From the NCBI RefSeq assembly GCF_009914755.1, contig NC_060940.1: DNA of 64,000 bases. One strand, 5' to 3'. The notes below the pieces were generated by a model. It did no database searches and was not told the DNA's origin. It worked only from the letters and a program-made list of their open reading frames with translations. This stretch comes from the human T2T-CHM13v2.0 reference genome, Homo sapiens. This document shows positions 13,968 through 30,000 of the stretch, piece by piece; positions within the stretch are counted from its first letter, which is position 1, and every line of letters begins with the position of its first letter. The translations under genes and the position numbers were made by a program.

Positions 13968-16900
13968 TCAAGTGCATTCGATGATATCATTCGATTCCAT
14001 TTGATGATAATTCCATTTGATTCCATGCGATGATTCTATTCGATTCCATTCAATGATAATTCCATTCAATTCAGTGATTCCTCTGGACTCCATTTGATGA
14101 TGATTCCATTCAATGATTCCATTCGATTCTATTCGAAAATGATTCCATTTGAATCCATTTGATGATGATTCCATTAGATTCCATTTGATGATTCTATTCG
14201 ATTCCATTCGACGATGATTCCATTCGATTCCATTTGATGATTCCATTATATTCTATTCGATGATGATTCCATTCGATTCCATTCGATGATGATTGGATTC
14301 GATTCCATTTGATGATTTCATTTGATTCCATTCGATAATGATTTTGATCAATTCCATTCGATGATTCCATTCGATTCCATTCGATAATGATTACATCCGA
14401 GTCCATTCGATGATTCCATTTGAGCCCGTTCGATAATTCCATTTGAGTCCAATCAATGATTGCATTCATTTCCATTCAATGATTCCATTCGAGTCCATTT
14501 GATCATTCCGGTAGGGTCCGTTCGATGTTGATTCCATTGGAGTGCATTCGATGATTCCATTCGAGTCCAATTTATGATTTGGTTCGAGTCCTTTCGATGA
14601 TTCCATTCGATTCCACTCGATGATGATTTCATTCGAGTCCATTCGACACTTCCAATCGATTCCATTTGATGTTTCCTTTCGAGTCCAATTGATGATTCCA
14701 TTCAATTCCATTCGATGATGATTCCGTACGATTCCACTCTGTGATGATTCCAAGTGATTGCATTCAATGATGATTCCTTTCGATTGCATTCGATTATGAT
14801 TCATTTCGTGTTCATTCTATGGTTCCACAGGTTTCCATTCGTGTCCATTCCATTATTCCATTCTATTCCATTTGATGATGATTCCATTCGATTCCATTCA
14901 TTGGTGATTCCACTCAATTCCATTCAATGATTCCATTCCATTTCTTTCAACAATGATTCCATTAGTTTCTAATCGATGATCCACTTGATTCCATTTGACG
15001 ACGATTCCATTCTTGTCCATTCGATGATTCCATTTGATTCCATATGATGATGATTCCATTCGATTCCATACCATGATGATTCCATTCGAGTCCATTCAAT
15101 GGTGATTCCATTCAATTCCATTCGATGATTCCTTTCGATTCCATTCAATGATGATGGCATTCGATTCCTTTCAATCATTCCCTTTGATTCCATTGAAAGG
15201 TGATTTCATTCAAGTCCATTCGATAATTGCATTCGATTCCATTCTATGATGATTCCATTCGAGTCCATTTGATGATTCCATTCAATTCAAGTCAATGATG
15301 ATTCCATTCAATTCCATTCGACGATTCCATTGGATTCCATTCGATGATGATTCCATTCAAATCCATTCGATAATTCAATTCAAGTCCATTCGATGATGAT
15401 TCCAATCGAATCCATTCAAAGATTCCATTCTGTTCCATTCGATGATTCCCTTAGATTCCATTCGATGATTCCACTTGATTGCATTTACGATGATTCCATT
15501 CGATTCCATGTGATGATTCCATTCAATTCTATTCAATGATGTCTCCATTTGATTCCATTCGACCATGATTGCCTTTGATTCCATTCAATGATTCCATTCG
15601 GTTCCGTTTGATGATGATTCCGTTCGATTCCATTTGATGATTCCATTTGATTCCATTGGATGAGTCCATTCGATTACACTCGATGATTATTCCATTCGAG
15701 TGCATTAGATGATTCCATTCGAGTCCATTCGATGATTCCATTCGATTCCATTCGATGTTGATTCTGTTCAAATCCATTCGATGATTCCACTCGATTCCAT
15801 TCGTTGACTCCATTTGATCCCATTCGATGATTTCCTTTGATTCCCTTTGATGATCATTCCATTTGATTCAATTCGGTGATTTCATTTGATTCCATTCAGT
15901 GATGTTTCCATTCGACTCCATTCGATGATGATTCCATTCGACTCCATTCGATTATGATTTCATTCAATTCCATTCGATAATGATTCCCTTCGAGTCCATT
16001 CGATGATTCCATTCGATTCCATTCAACGATGATTTGATTCGTGTCCATTCGATGATTCCATTTGATTCCACTTGACGATGATTCCATTCGAGTCCATTTG
16101 ATGATTCCATTCAATTCCATACTCCGATGATTTCTTTTGAGCCCACTCAATGCTTCCACTCGATTCCATATGATGATGACTCCATTCGATGAAATTCGAT
16201 GATGATTCCATTCGCTTGCTTTCGATGATGATTCCACTTGAGTCCGTTAGAAGATTCTATTCAATTACATTCCATGACGATTCCGTTCGAGTCCATTTGA
16301 TGATTCCATTAGACTCCATTCGACGATGATTCCATTCGATGTTATTCCATGATTCCATTCGATCTCATTCGATGATGATTCCATTCAACTCCATTCGATG
16401 TTTCCATTCGAGTTCATTCTATTATTCCATTAGATTCCATTCGATGATGATTCCATTCGATTCCATTTGATGATTGCATTCTATTTCATTTGATGATGAT
16501 TCCATTCGAGTCCACTCGATGATTCCATTCGAGTCCATTTAATGAATCCATTGGTTTCAATTCTATGATGATTACATTGGATTCCATTCGTTGATGAATT
16601 CATTCGGCTCCATTCAATGATGATTCCATTCAATTCCTTTCAATGTTTCCATTCAATTCCATACGATGATGATTCCATTTGATTTGATTCGACAGTGAGC
16701 CATTCGATTCAATTCCATGATGATTCTATTTGATTCAATTGGTTGACATTTCCATTCGATTCCATTCGATGATGATTCCCTTTGATTCCGTTCAAAGATG
16801 ATTCCATTCTAGCCCATTCAATCATTCCATTCGATTCTATTCAATGATGATTCCATTCATGTCGATTTGGTGATTCCATTTGACTTCATTTGATGATGAT

Positions 16901-19900
16901 TCCTTTCAAGTTCATTAGATGATTCCATTCGATTCCATTTGATGATGATCCCATTCGAGTCCATTCAGTGATTCCATTCGTTTCCATTCCATGATGATTC
17001 CATTCCTTTCCATTCAATGATTCCATTCGATTCCGTTTGATGATGATTTCATTCGAGTCCATTTGATGATTCCATTTGATTCCATTCGATGATGATTCCA
17101 TTCGAGTCCATTCGATGATTCTATTCGAATCCATTTGATGATTTCTTTTGATTATATTTGGTGATGATTCCATTGGAGTCCATTCAATGATTCCATTCGA
17201 TTCCAATTGATGATGATTCCATTAGAGTCCATTTAATGATTCCATTTGATTCCAGTCTCTGATGATTACATTCGAGTCCATACGATGATTCCACTCAATT
17301 CCATATGATGATGATTCCATTCGATTCCATTCGATGATTCCATTCTATTCTATTCAATGGTGATTCCATTCGAGTACATTAGATGATTCCATTCGATTCC
17401 ATTCAATGATGATTCTATTTGTGTCCCTTAGATGATTCCACATGATTCCATTACATGATGATACTATTTGAGCCCATCCAATGATTCCCTTCGATTCCAT
17501 TCGATGAGGATTCCATTCGATTCAATTCATTGGTGATTCTATTCAATTCAATTCTTTGATTCCATTCCATTCCATTCGACAATGATTCCATTCGATTTCT
17601 TTCGATGATTCCACTCGATTCCACTTGACATTGATTCCATTCGATTCCATTCAATGATTCCATTTGATTCCAGTGGATGATGATTGCCATCGATTCCATT
17701 CGATCACTCCATTCTATTCCATTTGATGATGATTACATTCGATTCCATTTGATGATTCCATCTGATTCTATTCGAGGATTCCATTTGATTCCATTCGATG
17801 ATGATTCCATTCGAGTCCATTCGATGATTTCATTCGAGTACATCCAATGATTCCATTCGTGTCCATTTGATGATTCCATTTGTTTCCATTTGATTATGAT
17901 TCTACTAGAGTCCATTCAATGACTCCATTCGAGTGCATTCAACAATTCCATTCGACTCCATTCGATGATTGCATTCGATTCCATTTGATGATTCCATTCG
18001 AGTCCATTTAATCATTACAGTCGAGTCCATTTGGTGATTCCACTGGATTTCTTTTGATAATGATACCATTCCATTACATTTGATGATGATCCCATTCAAT
18101 TTCATTTGATGATGATTCCCTTAGAGTCCATTCGATGATTTCATTCGAGTCCTTTCATTGATTCCATCCGATTTCATTTGATGATGACTCCATTCGAGTC
18201 CATTCGATGATTCCACTCGATTCCATTAGATGATTCCATTGGAGTCCATTTCATTGTTCCATTCGATTCCATTCGATTCCTTTCGAAGATTATTCCATTT
18301 GAGTCCATTCGATGATGATTACATTCCATTCCATTCGATGATTCCATTTGATTCCATTTGATGATTCCCTTCGATTCCTTTCTTTGATGACTGCATTCCA
18401 TTCCATTCAATGTTTCCATTCGAATCTATTCCATGATGATTCCTTTCGATTCCATTCGCTGATGTTTCCGTTCAATTCCATTCGATGATGATTCCATTCG
18501 ATTCCATTCATTGAGGATTCCATTTGATTCCATTCTATGATGATTCCGTTCTATTCCATTCAATGATTGCATTCAATTCCATTCAATGATTATCCCATTA
18601 GAGTAAACTCAACGATTCCATTCAATACCATTCGATGATGATTCCTTTTGAGTTCATTCAATGATTTCATTCAAGTCCATTTGATGATTCCTTTCAATTC
18701 CATTCTATGATGATTCCATTCGAGTCCATTCGATGATTCCATTCGATTGCATTCCATGATTCCATTATATTCCATTCAACGGTGATTCCATTCGAGTCCA
18801 TTCGATGATTCCATTAGAGTACATTTAATGATTGCTTTGTTTTCAATTCGAAGATGATTACATTCGATTCCATTCTATGATACCATTCGATTCCATTCAA
18901 TGATGATTCCACTCAAATCCATTGGATGATTCCATTCGTGTCCATTCGGTGATTTCATTAGATTCCATTCGAGGATGATTCCTTTCGATTCCATTCGATG
19001 ATTCCATTCAATTCCATTCGATGATGATTCCATTCGAGTCCATATGATCATTCCATTTGATTTCATTCGATGATGATTCCATTCGATTCCATTCGATGAT
19101 TCCATTCTATTCCTTTCGATGATGATTCCATTCGAGTTCATTCGATGATTCCATTCGAGTCCATTTAATGATTCCATTGGGTTCAATTCGATGATGATTA
19201 CATTGGATTCCGTTCTATGATTCCATTCAATTCCGTTCATTGACAATTTGATTCCATTCGATGATGATTCCATTTGAGTTCATTCGATGATTCTATTCGA
19301 TTCTCTTCGATGGTGATTCAATTATATTATATTGGATGATGCCATTCGATTCCATTTGATGTTGATTCAATTCGATTCTATTCGATGATGATTCCATTGG
19401 ATTTCACTTGATGATTCTATTCGATTCCATTCAATGATGATTCACTTCTCGTCCATTGGATGGTTCCATTTCATTCCATTCGATGATGATTCCATTCGAT
19501 TCCATTCGATGATTCCATTTGATTCCATTCGACGGTGACCAATTCGATTCAATTCCATGATGATTCTATTTGATTCAATTAGATGATGTTTCCATTCGAA
19601 TCCATTCCATGATTATTCCATTGGAATCCATTCGGCGATGATTCCATATGAGTCAATTCAATGATGATTCCATATGGGTCCGTTCGATGATAATTCCATT
19701 TGATTTCATTCGATGCTTCTATTCAATTCCAGTTGATGATGATTCCGTTGGAGTCCATACGATGATTCCATTTGATTTCATTTGATGATGATTCCATTCG
19801 ATTCCATTCGATGATGATTACATTGGATTCCATTCTATGATTCCATTCAATTCCATTCGTTGATGATTCGATTCCATTCAATGATGATTCCATTTGAGTT

Positions 19901-20089
19901 CATTCGATGATTCTATTCGATTCCGTTCGATGGTGATTCAATTCTCTTATATTGGATGATTCCACTCGATTCCATTTGATGATTATTCCATTGGAGTCCA
20001 CTTAGTGAATCCTTTAGATTCTACTCGAAGATGATTCCATTCGAGTCCATTCGATGGTACCATTCAATTCCATTCGTTGATGCTTCCAT
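13968..20089 (+). repeat. Full-length HOR copy (6122 bp, variant X)
   Basis: Landmark spacing is 6122. It carries the extra 10-bp tccattcgat near 19791-19810 and GGTACC at 20056. Confidence 0.9.
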
Positions 20090-23000
20090 TCAAGTGCATT
20101 CGATGATATCATTCGATTCCATTTGATGATAATTCCATTTGATTCCATGCGATGATTCTATTCGATTCCATTCAATGATAATTCCATTCAATTCAGTGAT
20201 TCCTCTGGACTCCATTTGATGATGATTCCATTCAATGATTCCATTCGATTCTATTCGAAAATGATTCCATTTGAATCCATTTGATGATGATTCCATTAGA
20301 TTCCATTTGATGATTCTATTCGATTCCATTCGACGATGATTCCATTCGATTCCATTTGATGATTCCATTCTATTCTATTCGATGATGATTCCATTCGATT
20401 CCATTCGATGATGATTGGATTCGATTCCATTTGATGATTTCATTTGATTCCATTCGATAATGATTTTGATCAATTCCATTCGATGATTCCATTCGATTCC
20501 ATTCGATAATGATTACATCCGAGTCCATTCGATGATTCCATTTGAGCCCGTTCGATAATTCCATTTGAGTCCAATCAATGATTGCATTCATTTCCATTCA
20601 ATGATTCCATTCGAGTCCATTTGATCATTCCGGTAGGGTCCGTTCGATGTTGATTCCATTGGAGTGCATTCGATGATTCCATTCGAGTCCAATTTATGAT
20701 TTGGTTCGAGTCCTTTCGATGATTCCATTCGATTCCACTCGATGATGATTTCATTCGAGTCCATTCGACACTTCCAATCGATTCCATTTGATGTTTCCTT
20801 TCGAGTCCAATTGATGATTCCATTCAATTCCATTCGATGATGATTCCGTACGATTCCACTCTGTGATGATTCCAAGTGATTGCATTCAATGATGATTCCT
20901 TTCGATTGCATTCGATTATGATTCATTTCGTGTTCATTCTATGGTTCCACAGGTTTCCATTCGTGTCCATTCCATTATTCCATTCTATTCCATTTGATGA
21001 TGATTCCATTCGATTCCATTCATTGGTGATTCCACTCAATTCCATTCAATGATTCCATTCCATTTCTTTCAACAATGATTCCATTAGTTTCTAATCGATG
21101 ATCCACTTGATTCCATTTGACGACGATTCCATTCTTGTCCATTCGATGATTCCATTTGATTCCATATGATGATGATTCCATTCGATTCCATACCATGATG
21201 ATTCCATTCGAGTCCATTCAATGGTGATTCCATTCAATTCCATTCGATGATTCCTTTCGATTCCATTCAATGATGATGGCATTCGATTCCTTTCAATCAT
21301 TCCCTTTGATTCCATTCAAAGGTGATTTCATTCAAGTCCATTCGATAATTGCATTCGATTCCATTCTATGATGATTCCATTCGAGTCCATTTGATGATTC
21401 CATTCAATTCAAGTCAATGATGATTCCATTCAATTCCATTCGATGATTCCATTGGATTCCATTCGATGATGATTCCATTCAAATCCATTCGATAATTCAA
21501 TTCAAGTCCATTCGATGATGATTCCAATCGAATCCATTCAAAGATTCCATTCTGTTCCATTCGATGATTCCCTTAGATTCCATTCGATGATTCCACTTGA
21601 TTGCATTTACGATGATTCCATTCGATTCCATGTGATGATTCCATTCAATTCTATTCAATGATGTCTCCATTTGATTCCATTCGACCATGATTGCCTTTGA
21701 TTCCATTCAATGATTCCATTCGGTTCCGTTTGATGATGATTCCGTTCGATTCCATTTGATGATTCCATTTGATTCCATTGGATGAGTCCATTCGATTACA
21801 TTCGATGATTATTCCATTCGAGTGCATTAGATGATTCCATTCGAGTCCATTCGATGATTCCATTCGATTCCATTCGATGTTGATTCTGTTCAAATCCATT
21901 CGATGATTCCACTCGATTCCATTCGTTGACTCCATTTGATCCCATTTGATGATTTCCTTTGATTCCCTTTGATGATCATTCCATTTGATTCAATTCGGTG
22001 ATTTCATTTGATTCCATTCAGTGATGTTTCCATTCGACTCCATTCGATGATGATTCCATTCGACTCCATTCGATTATGATTTCATTCAATTCCATTCGAT
22101 AATGATTCCCTTCGAGTCCATTCGATGATTCCATTCGATTCCATTCAACGATGATTTGATTCGTGTCCATTCGATGATTCCATTTGATTCCACTTGACGA
22201 TGATTCCATTCGAGTCCATTTGATGATTCCATTCAATTCCATACTCCGATGATTTCTTTTGAGCCCACTCAATGCTTCCACTCGATTCCATATGATGATG
22301 ACTCCATTCGATGAAATTCGATGATGATTCCATTCGCTTGCTTTCGATGATGATTCCACTTGAGTCCGTTAGAAGATTCTATTCAATTACATTCCATGAC
22401 GATTCCGTTCGAGTCCATTTGATGATTCCATTAGACTCCATTCGACGATGATTCCATTCGATGTTATTCGATGATTCCATTCGATCTCATTCGATGATGA
22501 TTCCATTCAACTCCATTCGATGTTTCCATTCGAGTTCATTCTATTATTCCATTAGATTCCATTCGATGATGATTCCATTCGATTCCATTTGATGATTGCA
22601 TTCTATTTCATTTGATGATGATTCCATTCGAGTCCACTCGATGATTCCATTCGAGTCCATTTAATGAATCCATTGGTTTCAATTCTATGATGATTACATT
22701 GGATTCCATTCGTTGATGATTTCATTCGGTTCCATTCAATGATGATTCCATTCAATTCCTTTCAATGTTTCCATTCAATTCCATACGATGATGATTCCAT
22801 TTGATTTGATTCGACAGTGAGCCATTCGATTCAATTCCATGATGATTCTATTTGATTCAATTGGTTGACATTTCCATTCGATTCCATTCGATGATGATTC
22901 CCTTTGATTCCGTTCCAAGATGATTCCATTCTAGCCCATTCAATCATTCCATTCGATTCTATTCAATGATGATTCCATTCATGTCGATTTGGTGATTCCA

Positions 23001-26000
23001 TTTGACTTCATTTGATGATGATTCCTTTCAAGTTCATTAGATGATTCCATTCGATTCCATTTGATGATGATCCCATTCGAGTCCATTCAGTGATTCCATT
23101 CGTTTCCATTCCATGATGATTCCATTCCTTTCCATTCAATGATTCCATTCGATTCCGTTTGATGATGATTTCATTCGAGTCCATTTGATGATTCCATTTG
23201 ATTCCATTCGATGATGATTCCATTCGAGTCCATTCGATGATTCTATTCGAATCCATTTGATGATTTCTTTTGATTATATTTGGTGATGATTCCATTGGAG
23301 TCCATTCAATGATTCCATTCTATTCCAATCGATGATGATTCCATTAGAGTCCATTTAATGATTCCATTTGATTCCAGTCTCTGATGATTACATTCGAGTC
23401 CATACGATGATTCCACTCAATTCCATATGATGATGATTCCATTTGATTCCATTCGGTGATTCCATTCTATTCTATTCAATGGTGATTCCATTCGAGTACA
23501 TTAGATGATTCCATTCGATTCCATTCAATGATGATTCTATTTGTGTCCCTTAGATGATTCCACATGATTCCATTAGATGATGATACTATTTGAGCCCATC
23601 CAATGATTCCCTTCGATTCCATTCGATGAGGATTCCATTCGATTCAATTCATTGGTGATTCTATTCAATTCAATTCTTTGATTCCATTCCATTCCATTCG
23701 ACAATGATTCCATTCGATTTCTTTCGATGATTCCACTCGATTCCACTTGACATTGATTCCATTCGATTCCATTCAATGATTCCATTTGATTCCAGTGGAT
23801 GATGATTGCCATCGATTCCATTCGATCACTCCATTCTATTCCATTTGATGATGATTACATTCGATTCCATTTGATGATTCCATCTGATTCTATTCGAGGA
23901 TTCCATTTGATTCCATTCGATGATGATTCCATTCGAGTGCATTCGATGATTTCATTCGAGTACATCCAATGATTCCATTCGAGTCCATTAGATGATTCCA
24001 TTTGATTCCATTTGAAAATGATTCTACTAGAGTCCATTCAATGACTCCATTCGAGTCCATTCAACAATTCCATTCGACTCCATTCGATGATTCCATTCGA
24101 TTCCATTTGATGGTACCATTCGAGTCCATTTAATCATTACAGTCGAGTCCATTTGGTGATTCCACTGGATTTCTTTTGATAATGATACCGTTCAATTACA
24201 TTTGATGATGATCCCATTCAACTTCATTTGATGATGATTCCATTAGAGTCCACTCGATGATTTCATTCGAGTCCCTTCATTGATTCCATCCGATTTCATT
24301 GGATGATGACTCCATTCGAGTCCATTCGATGATTCCACTCGATTCCATTAGATGACTCCATTGGAGTCCATTTGATTGTTCCATTCGATTCCATTCGATT
24401 CCTTTCGAAGATTATTCCATTTGAGTCCATTCGATGATGATTCCATTCCATTCCATTCGATGATTCCGTTTGATTCCATTCGATGATTCCCTTCGATTCC
24501 TTTCTTTGATGATTCCATTCCATTCCATTCAATGATTCCATTCGAATCTATTCCATGATGATTCCTTTCGATTCCATTCGCTGATGTTTCCGTTCAATTC
24601 CATTCGATGATGATTCCATTCGATTCCATTCATTGAGGATTCCATTTGATTCCATTCAATGATGATTCCATTCTATTCCATTCAATGATTGCATTCAATT
24701 CCATTCAATGATTATCCCATTAGAGTAAACTCAACGATTCCATTCAATACCATTCGATGATGATTCCTTTTGAGTCCATTCAATGATTTCATTCAAGTCC
24801 ATTTGATGATTCCTTTCAATTCCATTCTATGATGATTCCATTCGAGTCCATTCGATGATTCCATTCGATTGCATTCGATGATTCCATTATATTCCATTCA
24901 ACGGTGATTCCATTCGAGTCCATTCCATGATTCCATTAGAGTACATTTAATGATTGCTTTGTTTTCAATTCGAAGATGATTACATTGGATTCCATTCTAT
25001 GATACCATTCGATTCCATTCAATGATGATTCCACTCAAATCCATTGGATGATTCCATTCGTGTCCATTCGGTGATTTCATTAGATTCCATTCGAGGATGA
25101 TTCCATTCGATTCCATTCGATGATTCCATTCAATTCCATTCGATGATGATTCCATTCCAGTCCATATGATCATTCCATTTGATTTCATTCGATGATGATT
25201 CCATTCGATTCCTTTCGACGATTCCATTCTATTCCATTCGATGATGATTCCATTCGAGTCCATTCGATGATTCCATTCGAGTCCATTTAATGATTCCATT
25301 GGGTTCAATTCAATGATGATTACATTGGATTCCGTTCTATGATTCCATTCAATTCCGTTCATTGACAATTTGATTCCATTCGATGATGATTCCATTTGAG
25401 TTCATTCGATGATTCTATTCGATTCTCTTCGATGGTGATTCAATTCTATTATATTGGATGATTCCACTCGATTCCATTTGATGATTATTCCATTGGAGTC
25501 CACTTAGTGAATCCTTTAGATTCTACTCGACGATGATTCCATTCGAGTCCATTCGATGATACCATTCAATTCCATTCGTTGATGCTTCCATTCAAGTGCA
25601 TTCGATGATATCATTCGATTCCATTTGATGATAATTCCATTTGATTCCATGCGATGATTCTATTCGATTCCATTCAATGATAATTCCATTCAATTCAGTG
25701 ATTCCTCTGGACTCCATTTGATGATGATTCCATTCAATGATTCCATTCGATTCTATTCGAAAATGATTCCATTTGAACCCATTTGATGATGATTCCATTA
25801 GATTCCATTTGATGATTCCATTCGATTCCATTCGACGATGATTCCATTCGATTCCGTTTGATGATTCCATTCTATTCTATTCGACGATGATTCCATTCGA
25901 TTCCATTTGATGTTGATTCAATTCGATTCTATTCGATGATGATTCCATTGGATTTCACTTGATGATTCTATTCGATTCCATTCAATGATGATTCACTTCT

Positions 26001-27059
26001 CGTCCATTGGATGATTCCATTTCATTCCATTCGATGATGATTCCATTCGATTCCATTCGATGATTCCATTTGATTCCATGCGACGGTGAGCAATTCGATT
26101 CAATTCCATGATGATTCTATTTGATTCAATTAGATGATGTTTCCATTCGAATCCATTCCATGATTATTCCATTGGAATCCATTCGGCGATGATTCCATAT
26201 GAGTCAATTCAATGATGATTCCATATGTGTCCGTTCGATGATAATTCCATTTGATTTCATTCGATGCTTCTATTCTATTCCAGTCGATGATGATTCCGTT
26301 GGAGTCCATACGATGATTCCATTTGATTTCATTTAATGATGATTCCATTCGATGATGATTACATTGGATTCCATTCTATGATTCCATTCAATTCCATTCG
26401 TTGATGATTCGATTCCATTCAATGATGATTCCATTTGAGTTCATTCGATGATTCTATTCGATTCCGTTCGATGGTGATTCAATTCTATTATATTGGATGA
26501 TTCCACTCGATTCCATTTGATGATTATTCCATTGGAGTCCACTTAGTGAATCCTTTAGATTCTACTCGACGATTATTCCATTCGAGTCCATTCGATGATA
26601 CCATTCAATTCCATTCGTTGATGCTTCCATTCAAGTGCATTTGATGATATCATTCGATTCCATTTGATGATAATTCCATTTGATTTCATTCGATGCTTCT
26701 ATTCTATTCCAGTCGATGATGATTCCGTTGGAGTCCATACGATGATTCCATTTGATTTCATTTGATGATGATTCCATTCGATGATGATTACATTGGATTC
26801 CATTCTATGATTCCATTCAATTCCATTCGTTGATGATTCGATTCCATTCAATGATGATTCCATTTGAGTTCATTCGATGATTCTATTCGATTCCGTTCGA
26901 TGGTGATTCAATTCTATTATATTGGATGATTCCAGTCGATTCCATTTGATGATTATTCCATTGGAGTCCACTTAGTGAATCCTTTAGATTCTACTCGACG
27001 ATGATTCCATTCGAGTCCATTCGATGATACCATTCAATTCCATTCGTTGATGCTTCCAT
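20090..27059 (+). repeat. HOR copy expanded by two 429-bp additions (6970 bp)
   Basis: 20090->27060 = 6112+858. Extra landmarks at 25592 and 26631; junctions at ~25457, ~25886 and ~26666. Confidence 0.85.
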
Positions 27060-30000
27060 TCAAGTGCATTCGATGATATCATTCGATTCCATTTGATGAT
27101 AATTCCATTTGATTCCATGCGATGATTCTATTCGATTCCATTCAATGATAATTCCATTCAATTCAGTGATTCCTCTGGACTCCATTTGATGATGATTCCA
27201 TTCAATGATTCCATTCGATTCTATTCGAAAATGATTCCATTTGAATCCATTTGATGATGATTCCATTAGATTCCATTTGATGATTCCATTCGATTCCATT
27301 CGACGATGATTCCATTCGATTCCGTTTGATGATTCCATTCTATTCTATTCGATGATGATTCCATTCGATTCCATTCGATGATGATTGGATTCGATTTCAT
27401 TTGATGATTTCATTTGATTCCATTCGTTAATGATTTCGATCAATTCCATTCGATGATTCCATTCGATTCCATTCGATAATGATTACATCCGAGTCCATTC
27501 GATGATTCCCTTTGAGCCTGTTCGATAATTCCATTTGAGTCCAACCAATGATTCCATTCATTTCCATTCAATGATTCCATTCGAGTCCATTTGATCATTC
27601 CGGTAGGGTCCATTCGATGTTGATTCCATTGGAGTGCATTCGATGATTCCATTCGAGTCCATTTTAGGATTTGATTCGAGTCCTTTCGATGATTCCATTC
27701 GATTCCACTCGATGATGATTTCATTCGAGTCCATTCGACACTTCCAATCGATTCCATTTGATGATTCCATTCGAGTCCAATTGATGATTCCATTCAATTC
27801 CATTCGATGATGATTCCGTACGATTCCATTCTGTGATGATTCCATGTGATTGCATTCAATGATGATTCCTTTCGATTGCATTCGATTATGATTCATTTCG
27901 TGTTCATTCTATGGTTCCACAGGTTTCCATTCGTGTCCATTCCATTATTCCATTCTATTCCATTTGATGATGATTCCATTCGATTCCATTCATTGGTGAT
28001 TCCACTCAATTCCATTCAATGATTCCATTCCATTTCTTTCAACAATGATTCCATTAGTTTCTAATCGATGATCCACTTGATTCCATTTGACGACGATTCC
28101 ATTCTTGTCCATTCGATGATTCCATTTGATTCCATATGATGATGATTCCATTCGATTCCATACCATGATGATTCCATTCGAGTCCATTCAATGGTGATTC
28201 CATTCAATTCCATTCGATGATTCCTTTCTATTCCATTCGATGATGATGGCATTCGATTCCTTTCAATCATTCCCTTTGATTCCATTCCGAGGTGATTTCA
28301 TTCAAGTCCATTCGATAATTGCATTCGATTCCATTCTATGATGATTCCATTCGAGTCCATTTGATGATTCCATTCAATTCAAGTCAATGATGATTCCATT
28401 CGATTCCATTCGATGATTCCATTGGATTCCATTCGATGATGATTCCATTCAAATCCATTCGATAATTCAATTCAAGTCCATTCGATGATGATTCCAATCG
28501 AATCCATTCAAAGATTCCATTCAGTTCCATTCGATGATTCCCTTAGATTCCATTCGATGATTCCACTTGATTGCATTTACGATGATTCCATTCGATTCCA
28601 TGTGATGATTCCATTCAATTCTATTCAATGATGTCTCCATTTGATTCCATTCGACCATGATTGCCTTTGATTCCATTCAATGATTCCATTCGGTTCCGTT
28701 TGATGATGATTCCGTTCGATTCCATTTGATGATTCCATTTGATTCCATTGGATGAGTCCATTCGATTACATTCGATGATTATTCCATTCGAGTGCATTAG
28801 ATGATTCCATTCGAGTCCATTCGATGATTCCATTCGATTCCATTCGATGTTGATTCTGTTCAAATCCATTCGATGATTCCACTCGATTCCATTCGTTGAC
28901 TCCATTTGATCCCATTCGATGATTTCCTTTGATTCCCTTTGATGATCATTCCATTTGATTCAATTCGGTGATTTCATTTGATTCCATTCAGTGATGTTTC
29001 CATTCGACTCCATTCGATGATGATTCCATTCGACTCCATTCGATTATGATTTCATTCAATTCCATTCGATAATGATTCCCTTCGAGTCCATTCGATGATT
29101 CCATTCGATTCCATTCAACGATGATTTGATTCGTGTCCATTCGATGATTCCATTTGATTCCACTTGATGATGATTCCATTCGAGTCCATTTGATGATTCC
29201 ATTCAATTCCATACTCCGATGATTTCTTTTGAGCCCACTCAATGCTTCCACTCGATTCCATATGATGATGACTCCATTCAATGAAATTCGATGATGATTC
29301 CATTCGCTTGCTTTCGATGATGATTCCACTTGAGTCCGTTAGAAGATTCTATTCAATTACATTCCATGACGATTCCGTTCGAGTCCATTTGATGATTCCA
29401 TTAGACTCCATTCGACGATGATTCCATTCGATGTTATTCGATGATTCCATTCGATCTCATTCGATGATGATTCCATTCAACTCCATTCGATGTTTCCATT
29501 CGAGTTCATTCTATTATTCCATTAGATTCCATTCGATGATGATTCCATTCGATTCCATTTAATGATTGCATTCTATTTCATTTGATGATGATTCCATTCG
29601 AGTCCACTCGATGATTCCATTCGAGTCCATTTAATGAATCCATTGGTTTCAATTCTATGATGATTACATTGGATTCCATTCGTTGATGATTTCATTCGGT
29701 TCCTTTCAATGATGATTCCATTCAATTCCTTTCAATGTTTCCATTCAATTCCATACGATGATGATTCCATTTGATTTGATTCGACAGTGAGCCATTCGAT
29801 TCAATTCCATGATGATTCTATTTGATTCAATTGGTTGACATTTCCATTCGATTCCATTCGATGATGATTCCCTTTGATTCCGTTCAAAGATGATTCCATT
29901 CTAGCCCATTCAATCATTCCATTCGATTCTATTCAATGATGATTCCATTCATGTCGATTTGGTGATTCCATTTGACTTCATTTGATGATGATTCCTTTCA

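Noticed and set aside
3915-16500. The 8192-bp offset (2^13) as a possible computational copy artefact
   Set aside because: The copies differ at several bases (e.g. ~4222 caatg vs ~12414 ctatg; ~6855 tatgctg vs ~15047 tatgatg), the junction has microhomology, and 8192 = 6112+2080. It is probably coincidence, though read support should be checked.
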